The position numbers were made by a program, and so were the translations under genes. Below are positions 10,152 to 19,768 of a stretch of DNA of 64,000 nucleotides, piece after piece. This DNA comes from a virus, in IMG/VR virus record IMGVR_UViG_3300025012_000031, positions 32,001-96,000 of that record; one strand, 5' to 3'. The notes beneath the pieces are model-generated. The model did not search any database, was not told the DNA's origin, and saw nothing but the letters and a program-made list of their open reading frames with translations. Position 1 is the stretch's first letter, and each line of letters begins with the position of its first letter.

Positions 10152-10907
10152 ATGATACGATTCAAAGACTTCATATCAGAAGGAATTGCGCTGGCTGGTA
10201 ACAGAGTCAGTATTGATTATAAGAATAACGATGGAGATGTTGTCGGTCTTAAGATGGGTAAGCGGAATCGTATGCCGTTTAAGACGGGTGGGCGAATGTT
10301 CGATGGTCACGAAGTCTTCAGCAGCTATGTCGTCGATACAAAGATTCCTGGGGCCAAAGACATCATGGTTGCACTAAAGGGCAAACATCCTGATTTAGTT
10401 GTTGGAGAAGAAGACCTTGATCATTTTCTCAATAGAACAACACAACACTTATTGGCGACCGTCCTGAAGGGAAAGAGTATTGATCTAGTCGTCACAATCA
10501 AATCAAGTTCTAATCTGACTAAAAGATTTGCCGAACAGTTTACAAGAAGAATCAATAATCAAGTCTTCTTTCCCGCAGCAATCACTAAAGCAGCAATTGA
10601 TAAAGTAAAAGTATCTGATGATGTTCCGAATGAAAAGATGAGGAAAGATATTCAACGAGTCATCGATAATGTTAAGACTGGAAAAACTGCCGGTCTTGAG
10701 ATTAAAAAGTTACGTCCTCAAGACCGGCAGTTTTTAGTTGACTTCCTCGAACTCGATGAAAAACTAGTAAAGAAGATAGAAGGGAAGAACATTCTTATTG
10801 TAGATGATTATGTCACGAGTGGAAACACAATCGCTGAATCAATGAGGCTCCTTGAACTTTATGCACCAAATGACATCTTTGCCGTGACACTGTTTAAGGT
10901 CGGTTAG
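10152..10907 (+). CDS. type I phosphoribosyltransferase-domain protein with capsid-targeting-like N-terminus
   Basis: PRPP loop ILIVDDYVTSGNT; starts MIRFKDFISE; only clear plus-strand gene. Confidence 0.8.
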   Translation: MIRFKDFISEGIALAGNRVSIDYKNNDGDVVGLKMGKRNRMPFKTGGRMFDGHEVFSSYVVDTKIPGAKDIMVALKGKHPDLVVGEEDLDHFLNRTTQHLLATVLKGKSIDLVVTIKSSSNLTKRFAEQFTRRINNQVFFPAAITKAAIDKVKVSDDVPNEKMRKDIQRVIDNVKTGKTAGLEIKKLRPQDRQFLVDFLELDEKLVKKIEGKNILIVDDYVTSGNTIAESMRLLELYAPNDIFAVTLFKVG

Positions 10908-12031
10908 ATACCGTTTACCGTTACACCGATCTTATAGATTTTACGATTGCCCATGATGAATTTTCGTGGGGTCCTTACATCACTGTTATAATATGAATAT
11001 TGGTGGCGATACGGAGAAAACTTCGGCGCCTTGCCACTTTCAAGAACATCCCTAAAATTTTCTAAATCATTACAGTTACCCTTTGGAATTATGCCGTGGA
11101 TTTCATTTTGGTTCAAGTCAAACTTCACGTGAAATGTGTCAGTTGTCTCGTCCTTGATGACAAACACTCCATCATATCGTAACATAGATGAATCCGATAC
11201 ATCTAATTCAGACGCATTCCAAATCAAATTGGGTGCGTCTTTTTTCGTTGATAAGAATGGACGACTACGATAACCACCCCTAGCACCCCCGTCAAAAACC
11301 ACTTTTTCTTTGGTGAGGGCAATGTTGACGATATCGTAAAGTGATTCGGCGCTCGTATGATTATTGGGTCGTAGAATTTTAAACGGCATCAACTTATCAC
11401 CTCGGAGATATTTACCTTCTTCTATCTCCAAGATGTGTTGTTTGCTTGACAGCATCTCGACCTTTCCTGGCTCGTAAAAATCAACATACCCAACATAGTA
11501 CTTACCGATGTAAATTCCAATGACACCGTTGGTTAGTTCTATCTTGTCCCCGGCCCACACCATATCCCATGATATTGGGTTGTTGATCATGGTGGTGTTC
11601 TTAAAGGCAGCAACATAGGGTTCAGATGACAACGGTAGAAGAATGTTCTTTCCATCTTCTCGACCCCATACACACGCGTCCATGATGACGCCGTTCTCAA
11701 TCTTTGAGCACTGAAGAATTTCCATGAGATTGCCGCTGTAAATCTCAAGCTCGAATCCACGTGGGTCCTGTACTCGCCACACAACATTTGACGTTGACCA
11801 ACGAGTGACGTTCTTTAGGAGCTTGAAGCCGGGGAGCGGTTCATTCTCGAAAGTTACCTCTGGGAGTTTGAACATATCATCGGCGATACAACGTCGAGCC
11901 CAATGTAAACCGGTTGCTTTTCGTTTTTCGAAGGCGGAGTCGGTGGCATGATTTGTCATATAGACAAGATTTTCTTGTCCTTCTCTTTCATTGTGAATGC
12001 GCCAGAGTTTTTTCGGAATCGTTACACTCAT
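10904..12031 (-). CDS. hypothetical phage protein
   Basis: 375-aa ORF in operon. Confidence 0.75.
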   Translation of the reverse strand: MSVTIPKKLWRIHNEREGQENLVYMTNHATDSAFEKRKATGLHWARRCIADDMFKLPEVTFENEPLPGFKLLKNVTRWSTSNVVWRVQDPRGFELEIYSGNLMEILQCSKIENGVIMDACVWGREDGKNILLPLSSEPYVAAFKNTTMINNPISWDMVWAGDKIELTNGVIGIYIGKYYVGYVDFYEPGKVEMLSSKQHILEIEEGKYLRGDKLMPFKILRPNNHTSAESLYDIVNIALTKEKVVFDGGARGGYRSRPFLSTKKDAPNLIWNASELDVSDSSMLRYDGVFVIKDETTDTFHVKFDLNQNEIHGIIPKGNCNDLENFRDVLESGKAPKFSPYRHQYSYYNSDVRTPRKFIMGNRKIYKIGVTVNGI

Positions 12032-12604
12032 CTTATATTATAGACCTTTCATTTCAATATATTCCAGGAAATCATTCCAACACAACTCCATCCAACAGGG
12101 TTCATTATTCTGTCCCTGTTTGATTAAATTGTGATCGGTGATAAATGTATCGTCTGTCGCTTCATTAAAAAAGGTCATTTTACCAATACCGACGTATGTG
12201 GCGGCATAACCCTTATATCTTCCAACGGATATGACGACTGCATAATAAAGAGCTGATTGAAACGACGGACAACATTTATCACCGCAGTGTTTTTTAGTAT
12301 CGCCGAAAAGATCACTCTTTGGTGGCATTTCAAAATCATCGGAGTCGATTATACAACGTGCACAATTCATTTTCATTTCTCCCTTGGGATGATAATAACA
12401 TCTACTTCTTTTCCGATAAATTGGCCGAGCGAAAAAGAAATTATATTGAGCTTACCCTGTTGGCCGCCAGTGTGAGTGGATACCGGTTCGGCAAAGATTC
12501 TAACTGAACCTTCAGGAATTTCCTCAACATTTACAGAAAGACCTTCACCGCATCGACCGGGTTCTACCTCTAATGTCTCAAGATCACTTCTTAACAAACT
12601 TCCT

Positions 12605-12976
12605 TTAAATCGTGGCATGATTTTCCTCCGCTAATAACTTCTCAAGATAATCAGCGCAGAACACACAGAGTTCCTTACGCCGGTTCCCATTCTCGCCGAC
12701 CCATTTATCCGCTGTATTAAAATATCGAGCTTTCCCACCGGGTACTGGATAAGCTCTGTCACCAGAACAGAGGGGCCATTCCATAAAGGCCACTTTAATC
12801 ATATTACCGACTTCGTTAATGACTGGTCGGGGAAATTCTTGTATGCGCAGTGTTGTGAAGAGATTGTAGCATAGCCCGTACTTTGTTTCTTTTATGCCGA
12901 TTCCAATGGCAAGTTCACGTAAAACATTAATTGCTTCACGAACGATGCCCTCATTATTACTCGTTAATTGAACCAT
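12605..12976 (-). CDS. hypothetical protein, paralogue of 53382..53723
   Basis: Shared G(L/I)CxNL...W..xSG...YPVP...W.GE.G.RR.EL pattern. Confidence 0.65.
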   Translation of the reverse strand: MVQLTSNNEGIVREAINVLRELAIGIGIKETKYGLCYNLFTTLRIQEFPRPVINEVGNMIKVAFMEWPLCSGDRAYPVPGGKARYFNTADKWVGENGNRRKELCVFCADYLEKLLAEENHATI

Positions 12977-13212
12977 GTTTTATTTCTCCACCTTCGTTAT
13001 ATTACTTCTGTGCCGTCAATGTAAGCTCGACCCTATAGCGTTCTGTATCACCGGCTTCCTCGGGGTCAGAATGAAGAAGAAAGGCGGTTTTTCCACAAGG
13101 ACATTTCATAAAGTGTTTTCTCTCATCAAAGCCTTCTGGTGGCCAACCCCATTTTCCACAGGTGCAGGAACCGTATATGATATTCTTTTTCATTTGATGC
13201 TCCTTATTTGTA

Positions 13213-14421
13213 TCAATCCCACTTACCGTTTGAATTTTGGGTGCTAATGATTTTTGCTCTGGTGATCTGTGTTTCCTTAATGCCGCGGAATTCATTATGA
13301 GACTTAACGCGACCAGAAAGGATAACGCGATCATCTTTCTCCAGGCCGAGGACCTTTGTTTTCCAAACGATGTTGTTCCCACAGTCATCGATGAACTTGT
13401 GATACCCGGTCATACCAAATTCACCTTCAAAGATGTGGGCAGAGACAAACGTCGCCTTCACCTCGATCAACTTACCGACCTCACCGATGTGTTGACTTAC
13501 AACAGTGGGTTTCTGCTTTTCTTCAATCTTTATCGTTTCCCGGCGGTAAGCAGATATCAAAGATGCCGTAAGTCCGATCGTTCTGAGGTTAACAGTCTCT
13601 TTATGAGCAGCACCGATGCAGTTTAGAACGTAGTCATTCTTCACATCTTTGAGATTGCGGAAGTATGAAATGACATCGGCGGCTTCTTTGTGGTGTTTGG
13701 GTTCAGGTGTGATCGGTTCATCTAAAGAGGTAGGAGGAAACATGTTGAGGAGAACACGATCGGCCGTTGCCGCAAGATTGGGGTTGTCGGCAGCAGCACC
13801 GCGACTTACCCATCCACAGACATCAATGACCGCCGCGGTGTATGCCAAGAAATTCTTTGTTCCGTATTCAGCAACATAACCACATTTAAATTCAAGGCCT
13901 TCCTCAAACATTTCTTGGAACTGTCTCGGCCATCCCGCGGAAAACATAAAACTTTCAGGAGAAGCATGACCGAGGAAATCAGCAATGCAAGAACGACCGA
14001 CTTGTTTGAATTCATCGGTGTTGATATTATGGAGGACGAATACATTGTTTCTGCGACGTTGAGAATTGCAATGTTCGCAGAAAGTATCATTGGCGCGGAA
14101 TCTTTCGGGAATGATGAAATCAGGAACAGTTAAGATGATGTTCTTATTTCCATCTTCCGTGTTAACCGGGACGACGACCGCGGCCAACTCCCAACCGTTG
14201 ATCTTCGGGCTTTCGCCGCTAACGGAAACATTGACGAGTGTAACCATTTCACCGAAACGAGCATTATCATAATACATCGTGGCGGGGGCAAACTCTTCCC
14301 CATTAAAGACAACCACGATCGGCGGACAGCCAAGCTTCTTCGCTTTCTTGTTTAAGCGTTCAATCTTGGTTTCAAACCACCCGATGTTCTCTTTAAGAAT
14401 TCGCCCGGTATAAACTGACAT
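13213..14421 (-). CDS. hypothetical protein with CxxC and probable C-terminal OB fold
   Basis: CEHC, QVGRSC; C-terminal GRVKSHNEFRGIKETQITR; own sigma70 promoter. Confidence 0.7.
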   Translation of the reverse strand: MSVYTGRILKENIGWFETKIERLNKKAKKLGCPPIVVVFNGEEFAPATMYYDNARFGEMVTLVNVSVSGESPKINGWELAAVVVPVNTEDGNKNIILTVPDFIIPERFRANDTFCEHCNSQRRRNNVFVLHNINTDEFKQVGRSCIADFLGHASPESFMFSAGWPRQFQEMFEEGLEFKCGYVAEYGTKNFLAYTAAVIDVCGWVSRGAAADNPNLAATADRVLLNMFPPTSLDEPITPEPKHHKEAADVISYFRNLKDVKNDYVLNCIGAAHKETVNLRTIGLTASLISAYRRETIKIEEKQKPTVVSQHIGEVGKLIEVKATFVSAHIFEGEFGMTGYHKFIDDCGNNIVWKTKVLGLEKDDRVILSGRVKSHNEFRGIKETQITRAKIISTQNSNGKWD

Positions 14422-14518
14422 GGCCTTCTCCTATTGTTATTAATCCGTAGTTGGATTGAATATAACAATAGGAGAAGGCCATGTCAACAAGAATAATGAT
14501 TTTTTATGAAAATATTCT

Positions 14519-14767
14519 TTACTGTTTTTTGTATGTAACCAATAGAGCAATGGTTGATGTATCTTCGGTACATTTGAAACCACCAGCAAAAGCAGTTGGT
14601 GTGTAATCTGTTAGTGCTGGGCCGGCAGTTGCACCATAAACAGAAACGATAACATCCGTTGCTTCCATGCCCGTGACGGCAATAAGAGTGTCGGCGGTCG
14701 TACCTGTTACTTCAGCCTGAAGGACCGTAGTAAATTCGGCATTAGGGTCTGTTCTTGTCTGCTTCAT
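14519..14767 (-). CDS. Thr/Ala-rich small protein, possibly virion decoration
   Basis: AAGGAG RBS; composition only. Confidence 0.5.
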   Translation of the reverse strand: MKQTRTDPNAEFTTVLQAEVTGTTADTLIAVTGMEATDVIVSVYGATAGPALTDYTPTAFAGGFKCTEDTSTIALLVTYKKQ

Positions 14768-14790
14768 ACTTGTATCTCCTTAAATGATGA

Positions 14791-14994
14791 TTATCTAAAA
14801 GGTGTTGCTGAGATGATCCGATTACGCGGAATCAAGCACTCACCCAAAACGATATCTTCTTCATCAAAATCAGTAATGACACCCGTCAACATTGTCTTCT
14901 TGGCATCGCGAGATTCTCCCTCGAGAAAAACCTTAAGTGTCTGCTTGCCTGTTTTTGCCTGTGTGAAAAAACGATTGAAAGTACTTTCTTTCAT
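14791..14994 (-). CDS. Hfq/LSm-like protein
   Basis: Helix FNRFFTQAK, Sm1-like LKVFL...LTGVITDFDEEDIVL, Sm2-like LIPRNRIISATP. Confidence 0.55.
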   Translation of the reverse strand: MKESTFNRFFTQAKTGKQTLKVFLEGESRDAKKTMLTGVITDFDEEDIVLGECLIPRNRIISATPFR

Positions 14995-15040
14995 TGTGTA
15001 ACCTCCTTCAATTTCTGTTTGGTTTATTTAAAAAAATTAT

Positions 15041-15463
15041 TTATAACAATGCTATTGCCAGTAGAAGAAAGACGGTCCCCGCAGAACCTGCACCATAACT
15101 AAACCAGGTCATCCTCGACGGTTGGTCTTTGATTAATTTTTGAACCTTACCATTCTCCTCTTCATACAGTAATTTAAAATTAGCTGATTGTCTTTGAAGA
15201 TCAGCTGTGTTATCTTCCAACAAACTAATCATCGTTTTTTGTTTATCGATGATTTTCTCGTCATTAGAAACCTCAACACGGAGAAGCGATATCAGGGTCT
15301 GCTTAGCTTTCGAATCTTCTTTATAATACTGAAGATCTGCCAACAGCTTCTTTGCTTGGTCTATTTTAAAGAATACGCCTTCTTCAGCGTATGATAAGTT
15401 CGGCACCATAATCGAGATTGTTAAAATTATCAGCAACGGCAGTACCGCTAAGTTTCTTAACAT
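15041..15463 (-). CDS. spanin-like coiled-coil protein
   Basis: Signal peptide, coiled coil, hydrophobic C-terminus; overlaps upstream gene by 80 nt. Confidence 0.5.
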   Translation of the reverse strand: MLRNLAVLPLLIILTISIMVPNLSYAEEGVFFKIDQAKKLLADLQYYKEDSKAKQTLISLLRVEVSNDEKIIDKQKTMISLLEDNTADLQRQSANFKLLYEEENGKVQKLIKDQPSRMTWFSYGAGSAGTVFLLLAIALL

Positions 15464-15758
15464 TGGCTTCTATTTCCTTCCTATTCGGTGTTGGGATTTC
15501 TCTAATCAATTGCTTTATGCGATCATTTGCAACCTCAAGTTCTGCTGTCTTTGCTTCAAGTTCTTTGCCGAGTCTTGTTCTTTCCGCCATAACAGCTGCA
15601 TCCTTTTCCGCATCGGCGATCTTTTGTTGTTTATCCTTTTCTGATACCATAATGTCGATCTGCCTTTTTAAACCGAAATATGAATTGATTGAAAAGGCAG
15701 ATGTTAAAAACAAAACAACTACGAGAATGAATATTCCTATTGATACATTTTTGCTCAT
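15384..15758 (-). CDS. i-spanin (Rz-like)
   Basis: N-terminal TM plus coiled coil directly after endolysin. Confidence 0.6.
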   Translation of the reverse strand: MSKNVSIGIFILVVVLFLTSAFSINSYFGLKRQIDIMVSEKDKQQKIADAEKDAAVMAERTRLGKELEAKTAELEVANDRIKQLIREIPTPNRKEIEANVKKLSGTAVADNFNNLDYGAELIIR

Positions 15759-16423
15759 TGTTTGATTTCCTTCTTCGGAAAGATGTGTCTTACGAAAGCC
15801 TCTACGCGAAAATCCGAGCCCATTTCAATAATACGAACACGGCGATAAACACCGTCACCGTCGCGCTGATTTCCTCCTGCGCCGCTACTGGTGTTTCCCT
15901 CGATTGATTCAAAAGCAGTAGACGAAAGTTGTTTGGTGACAATACCAACATGCCCGTTGAAGTTGTCTAGCATCGTCTTATTCGCACCCTTGACCCAGAT
16001 AGGCATATCCCCGGCCTCAAGTTTGTTGACACCGTAAACAAGTGACTTCGATGTTATGACCTTATATTCATAAGGGCGATTGATTGCATGCTGAAGAAAG
16101 CGTGAAACTCTTGCACCACGATGTTGGGGAAAGTTTAGGAGATACGGCTGACTTGATTCATGCCAAATATAATTGATAAACATCAGACACCAAGGATTGC
16201 CGTAGGGAAGGCCAGCGAAGTTGTGGAATTTATCAACTTCCTTTCCACGATTCGCCCCGCCTTTTTCTCTTACATACAGATATGATTCAGCTGTCTTTAC
16301 GGCTAAGCTTGGGAAGTTAACGTAGGTGGGCTCTTTAGTAGTTTTTTCTACAGCATACGCTGTTTCTTTAAATCCATTTATTAAAAGAGCCCACAGTAAA
16401 ATTGCTACTGTGAACACTCTCAT
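15755..16423 (-). CDS. CHAP/NlpC-P60 endolysin with signal peptide
   Basis: PWCLMF, GHVGIV, SIEGNT; hydrophobic N-terminus ending AYA. Confidence 0.85.
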   Translation of the reverse strand: MRVFTVAILLWALLINGFKETAYAVEKTTKEPTYVNFPSLAVKTAESYLYVREKGGANRGKEVDKFHNFAGLPYGNPWCLMFINYIWHESSQPYLLNFPQHRGARVSRFLQHAINRPYEYKVITSKSLVYGVNKLEAGDMPIWVKGANKTMLDNFNGHVGIVTKQLSSTAFESIEGNTSSGAGGNQRDGDGVYRRVRIIEMGSDFRVEAFVRHIFPKKEIKQ

Positions 16424-16440
16424 ATATTTTCCTTTGTTGT

Positions 16441-16767
16441 TTAAAGCATTGCTCTCGACATCACGATTGCAATACCGATTACGATGCAGCCTTGGAATAC
16501 ACCAGCCGCAACATTACCTTCTTTGAAGATACTTTCGTTGACATCACGTTGACTACCAAACTGAAAGTATTGAAGAGTGAAAATAATAACCATGTAAAGG
16601 GCCACATTATTAAGCATTGCGGCGAAGAGGCCCCACAGCGAAGCAATATTAATATTACCACCGAATGCACCCGCAGCCATGGTAAATGCAATTGCAAAAA
16701 CAGAGAACAGTAGATTGAATTGGCCAGTGCCCATGCGGGTTTTAATTGCTTTAAGGAAAGCGATCAT
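16441..16767 (-). CDS. membrane protein, DUF350-like, putative holin
   Basis: Three TM segments; IFKEGNVAAGV motif; heads lysis cassette. Confidence 0.6.
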   Translation of the reverse strand: MIAFLKAIKTRMGTGQFNLLFSVFAIAFTMAAGAFGGNINIASLWGLFAAMLNNVALYMVIIFTLQYFQFGSQRDVNESIFKEGNVAAGVFQGCIVIGIAIVMSRAML

Positions 16768-17142
16768 CGTAAAATCCTTTCTTGTTTTTCTATATTCTAT
16801 TTTCCGCAAAGGCAAGCTTTATTTTAACCTAAACGGAAGAAAATGTCAATAGAAAATTTGTTGGTTGTTAATTATAAATTCTTTGCATGAAGATAATCGA
16901 CGTACTCTTTGTTTTGCTTAAGAGCCTCACCGATAACTCTGATCCTTATAGCCTCATTTTCGGCTCTCCGAATTGACGAATCGGATAACCAATTGACATA
17001 CCACGGAATGCCTCCCAAAAGCATCCACAGCATCAATAATGCTGCTATACACATTGTACATAGACCACCGACTGAATTTACGAATTTTAGCATTCTTGTA
17101 ACCTCCTTAGTTTTATCAATTATTTATTGCACAAGAGAAAAG

Positions 17143-17180
17143 AAAAGGGAAAAGGCGACCCGAAGATCGCCTTTTCCCTG
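17143..17180 (-). terminator. intrinsic terminator
   Basis: GGGAAAAGGCGA-TCTTCGGG-TCGCCTTTTCCC followed by T-rich run. Confidence 0.8.
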
Positions 17181-17202
17181 TGTGATTGTGGTTTGTGTTG
17201 GT

Positions 17203-17958
17203 TTAGCGGGTGGCGGCCACCTGACGAGCAGGGGTCTTCGGCGCGGGGTAAGGCTGCCCCGCGAGCATCCGCTTGCGGACCACGACGCAGGCGCCGCATT
17301 TGCATCCGATCTTGTGGTTGGCAAGGGCTCCCGGAAGGTGGGTTGCCATAAGATCGGCTTCGGTCAAGACCTTTGCCTTCTTGGCACGAGGTTCCTTTGC
17401 CGGTTTGGCGGCCGCGGCAACCTTTTCAACCTTTTCTTTCACGGGTTTAGCAACCTTCGGCTCTTTGTTTTTGTTCGGGCCGGGTTTCACTCGCGGCGTA
17501 ACGCCGTCGGCCTTGTAACCCCAGGGAGCATTGGCATCAGGCGCGCGGTTGCCGACGAGGGGCAACGGACCGGGCTTTTTCTTCGGTTCGTTGTTGAGCT
17601 TGAGACCGTGGGGAGCCTTCATCAAGCGGGGCGCCTTTTCGGGAGCTTCCTTGCCGCGTTCCTTGGCGAGGAGTTCGTCCTGCTTGTGTTTGGTGTCGGC
17701 GGTCAGGCCGGCTTTCGTCAGTTCGATGAGCGGCTTGGCGAAGCCCAGTGCGATGTGGGTGTGGATGCCGTCAAGGAAAATTTTGCATTCGGCGCGGTTG
17801 CGAAGATCGTCTTTCAAGGTGCGGATCGGTTTCGTACCGCGGAGCAGCTGAACCATCCAATGCCCCTTTTCGATCGGGCTAACCGCAATGGACTGTCCTT
17901 TGCCCATCAGTTTGGAAATAATCTCCGCTTCAGCAATCAAAATTTCTTTCTTAATCAT
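17203..17958 (-). CDS. Lys/Ala/Pro-rich basic protein with C-terminal HxxxCxCxxC
   Basis: Histone H1-like composition, GC-rich codons, three tandem promoters upstream. Confidence 0.75.
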   Translation of the reverse strand: MIKKEILIAEAEIISKLMGKGQSIAVSPIEKGHWMVQLLRGTKPIRTLKDDLRNRAECKIFLDGIHTHIALGFAKPLIELTKAGLTADTKHKQDELLAKERGKEAPEKAPRLMKAPHGLKLNNEPKKKPGPLPLVGNRAPDANAPWGYKADGVTPRVKPGPNKNKEPKVAKPVKEKVEKVAAAAKPAKEPRAKKAKVLTEADLMATHLPGALANHKIGCKCGACVVVRKRMLAGQPYPAPKTPARQVAATR

Positions 17959-18034
17959 GGCCTAGCTCCTTTCGTTTGTTGGTTCGTTGGAATGTTCAAT
18001 ACCGCCCAGCGCGGATGAATCATTTTTTGTTAAT

Positions 18035-18270
18035 CTTGATTATATTGTATACTATGTTTTTACAAGTCAAACAACTTTTTTCCAAATAATCATTTTTTTA
18101 TTTTGTGCCGTTGAATCATCGTGTTGATTATATTGTATATAGCTTTTTGAGAATGTCAATCATTTTTTTCTAAATAATCATTTTTTATTTTCTTTAACAA
18201 TCTTTTTTTAATTTTTCCTTTTTAATCATTGTGTAATTATAATTTAACATAGGCTGGTTGTATGTCAATA
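18035..18270 (-). promoter_or_regulatory. three tandem sigma70 promoters with AT-rich UP elements
   Basis: TTGACA/TTGACA/TTGACT followed by TATAAT/TACAAT boxes; repeated AAAAAATGATTATTT upstream. Confidence 0.75.
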
Positions 18271-18291
18271 GGAAAAAGTAAATAAATTAGA

Positions 18292-18328
18292 AAAAAAAAT
18301 GCCCGAGCATTTCTGCCCGAGCATTTTA
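18292..18328 (-). terminator. intrinsic terminator
   Basis: ATGCTCGGGCA-GAAA-TGCTCGGGCAT with GU pairs, then poly-T. Confidence 0.75.
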
Positions 18329-18349
18329 AAGGGAAAGTATTTGAATTTG

Positions 18350-18688
18350 TTAGGTATTCACAGGCGCGGTCCACAGCTGAAAATTCTTGAACCTGTTCCG
18401 ATTCTTTCCATAAAGCGGTTGGGTTGCAAGTGCTGTGTAGCCGAGGTCATAATCGGGTTCGAAGAAAATGTGGGACTTGATGCCGTCTTCCTTCAATTGT
18501 TCGTGGATTCGGATCAACTCTTTTTCCCCCGACACACCCAGAAGAACCATATGAGCGGTCCTTGTCGGCTTTTCCTCGTCGGTCAAACGCAGGCCGAGTT
18601 CAAAGTTAGCGTGAGCCGCCTGGATAATGGAAGCAGCTTGGCTGAGGTCTTCACGTAGGAAGCAATATGTATAAGGAATATTACGCAT
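18350..18688 (-). CDS. peptidyl-tRNA hydrolase 2 (PTH2)-like protein
   Basis: YCFLREDL...IQAAHA, MVLLGV, FFEPD...TALATQP pattern. Confidence 0.7.
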   Translation of the reverse strand: MRNIPYTYCFLREDLSQAASIIQAAHANFELGLRLTDEEKPTRTAHMVLLGVSGEKELIRIHEQLKEDGIKSHIFFEPDYDLGYTALATQPLYGKNRNRFKNFQLWTAPVNT

Positions 18689-19070
18689 TTGCCACCGCCG
18701 CATGGCACCCGAAATGTTCTTCAGGATTGGTAGGGATTGTAAGAGACTGAAACTCTTCAAAGGTAAGACTCCCTCCAAAGGGTTTGAGCATGTTTTCGGC
18801 GATCCATTTGTGCGTCTGCGCATATTCAATGTTCCTCATTGCTTCGTTGGCTGCGTGATATGGGGAAGACTTGCCTTGTGATCGCATTTTAATGAGATTC
18901 GTGGCAGGACAAAAACACTTCGTCCAATCTTGCCCCTTGAACATTTTATAGAGAACAAAATGTTCAACCGTTAATCTGTGTTTCATTTCGGAATTCGTTG
19001 CCGTTTTCCATGAACCGATGAAATTTTCATACTGTGATTTATCTTGAAAGAAAAATTTGTTTTCGCTCAT
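18681..19070 (-). CDS. hypothetical protein coupled to PTH2-like gene
   Basis: AAGGAG RBS; 8-nt overlap. Confidence 0.7.
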   Translation of the reverse strand: MSENKFFFQDKSQYENFIGSWKTATNSEMKHRLTVEHFVLYKMFKGQDWTKCFCPATNLIKMRSQGKSSPYHAANEAMRNIEYAQTHKWIAENMLKPFGGSLTFEEFQSLTIPTNPEEHFGCHAAVANA

Positions 19071-19143
19071 AGCTTATCTCCTTGGGTTTACTTAATAGTG
19101 GTAGTTTATAGAAAAAATCAAACGGGCCAATAAAGTAAACTTG

Positions 19144-19191
19144 TCAAGGCGGGTTGCTATAAGGATTCACCTAGAGATTGCGCATAGTCAT
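19144..19191 (-). promoter_or_regulatory. putative leader ORF with in-frame amber codon: MTMRNL-UAG-VNPYSNPP-UGA
   Basis: AAAGGA RBS 6 nt upstream of ATG; TAG at 19171-19173. Confidence 0.5.
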
Positions 19192-19421
19192 TCACCGTCC
19201 TTTCTTTTTGGAATATTATTTATTCATACCCACGATGAATTCCATCACCACGTTCGGATTCAGATGTCCACGCGTTTCTTTCATAATAATACAACAGAAA
19301 TCGTGTGGTGACATTGATGACCATGTTTCTTGGTAATCATTTCTAATGTTCATCATAGCAACAAACATTTCATGATATGTTGAAATTTGGTTGAATGCGC
19401 CGTTCGTCATATTATTTCCTT

Positions 19422-19496
19422 TGGTGCCCGGTATGGGAATCGAACCCATCTTGCCGGATTTAGAGTCCGGTGGCTCAACCGATCACCCAACCGGGC
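19422..19496 (-). tRNA. amber suppressor tRNA (anticodon CUA)
   Basis: 7-bp acceptor GCCCGGT/ACCGGGC, CCGGA-CTCTAAA-TCCGG, GGTTCGATTCC, encoded CCA. Confidence 0.92.
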
Positions 19497-19504
19497 AGAA
19501 GGAA

Positions 19505-19768
19505 TTAATCAATTTCCATCCAGACGAATCCCTGCCAATAAAATTTCTTCCCGGCGACTTTATAGAATACCGCCATCGAATCTGCATTGGAGTAAATGAT
19601 CTTGGCATTGGGCACAACCTTATAATCCGTCATACCCGGACCGACAAGATGCAGCGTACCTTCTTCGTTCGAGAGGCTCTCATAATTTTCTTGATCGTAG
19701 GTTCGTTCGATCGTACCGCAACCGGAAATTGCGAGGGCCATTAGTGCGACGATGATTAACTTTCTCAT
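19505..19768 (-). CDS. lipoprotein
   Basis: Lipobox-like ISGC after hydrophobic leader. Confidence 0.65.
   Translation of the reverse strand: MRKLIIVALMALAISGCGTIERTYDQENYESLSNEEGTLHLVGPGMTDYKVVPNAKIIYSNADSMAVFYKVAGKKFYWQGFVWMEID

Noticed and set aside
3980-18018. Long plus-strand ORFs 3980..5035, 8331..9200, 16909..18018 and similar
   Set aside because: Antisense shadows of well-supported minus-strand genes, without motifs or RBS
19422-19496. tRNA-Pyl
   Set aside because: Shares the CUCUAAA loop but has a canonical TTCGA T loop, GG in the D loop and A73; no pyl genes in the window
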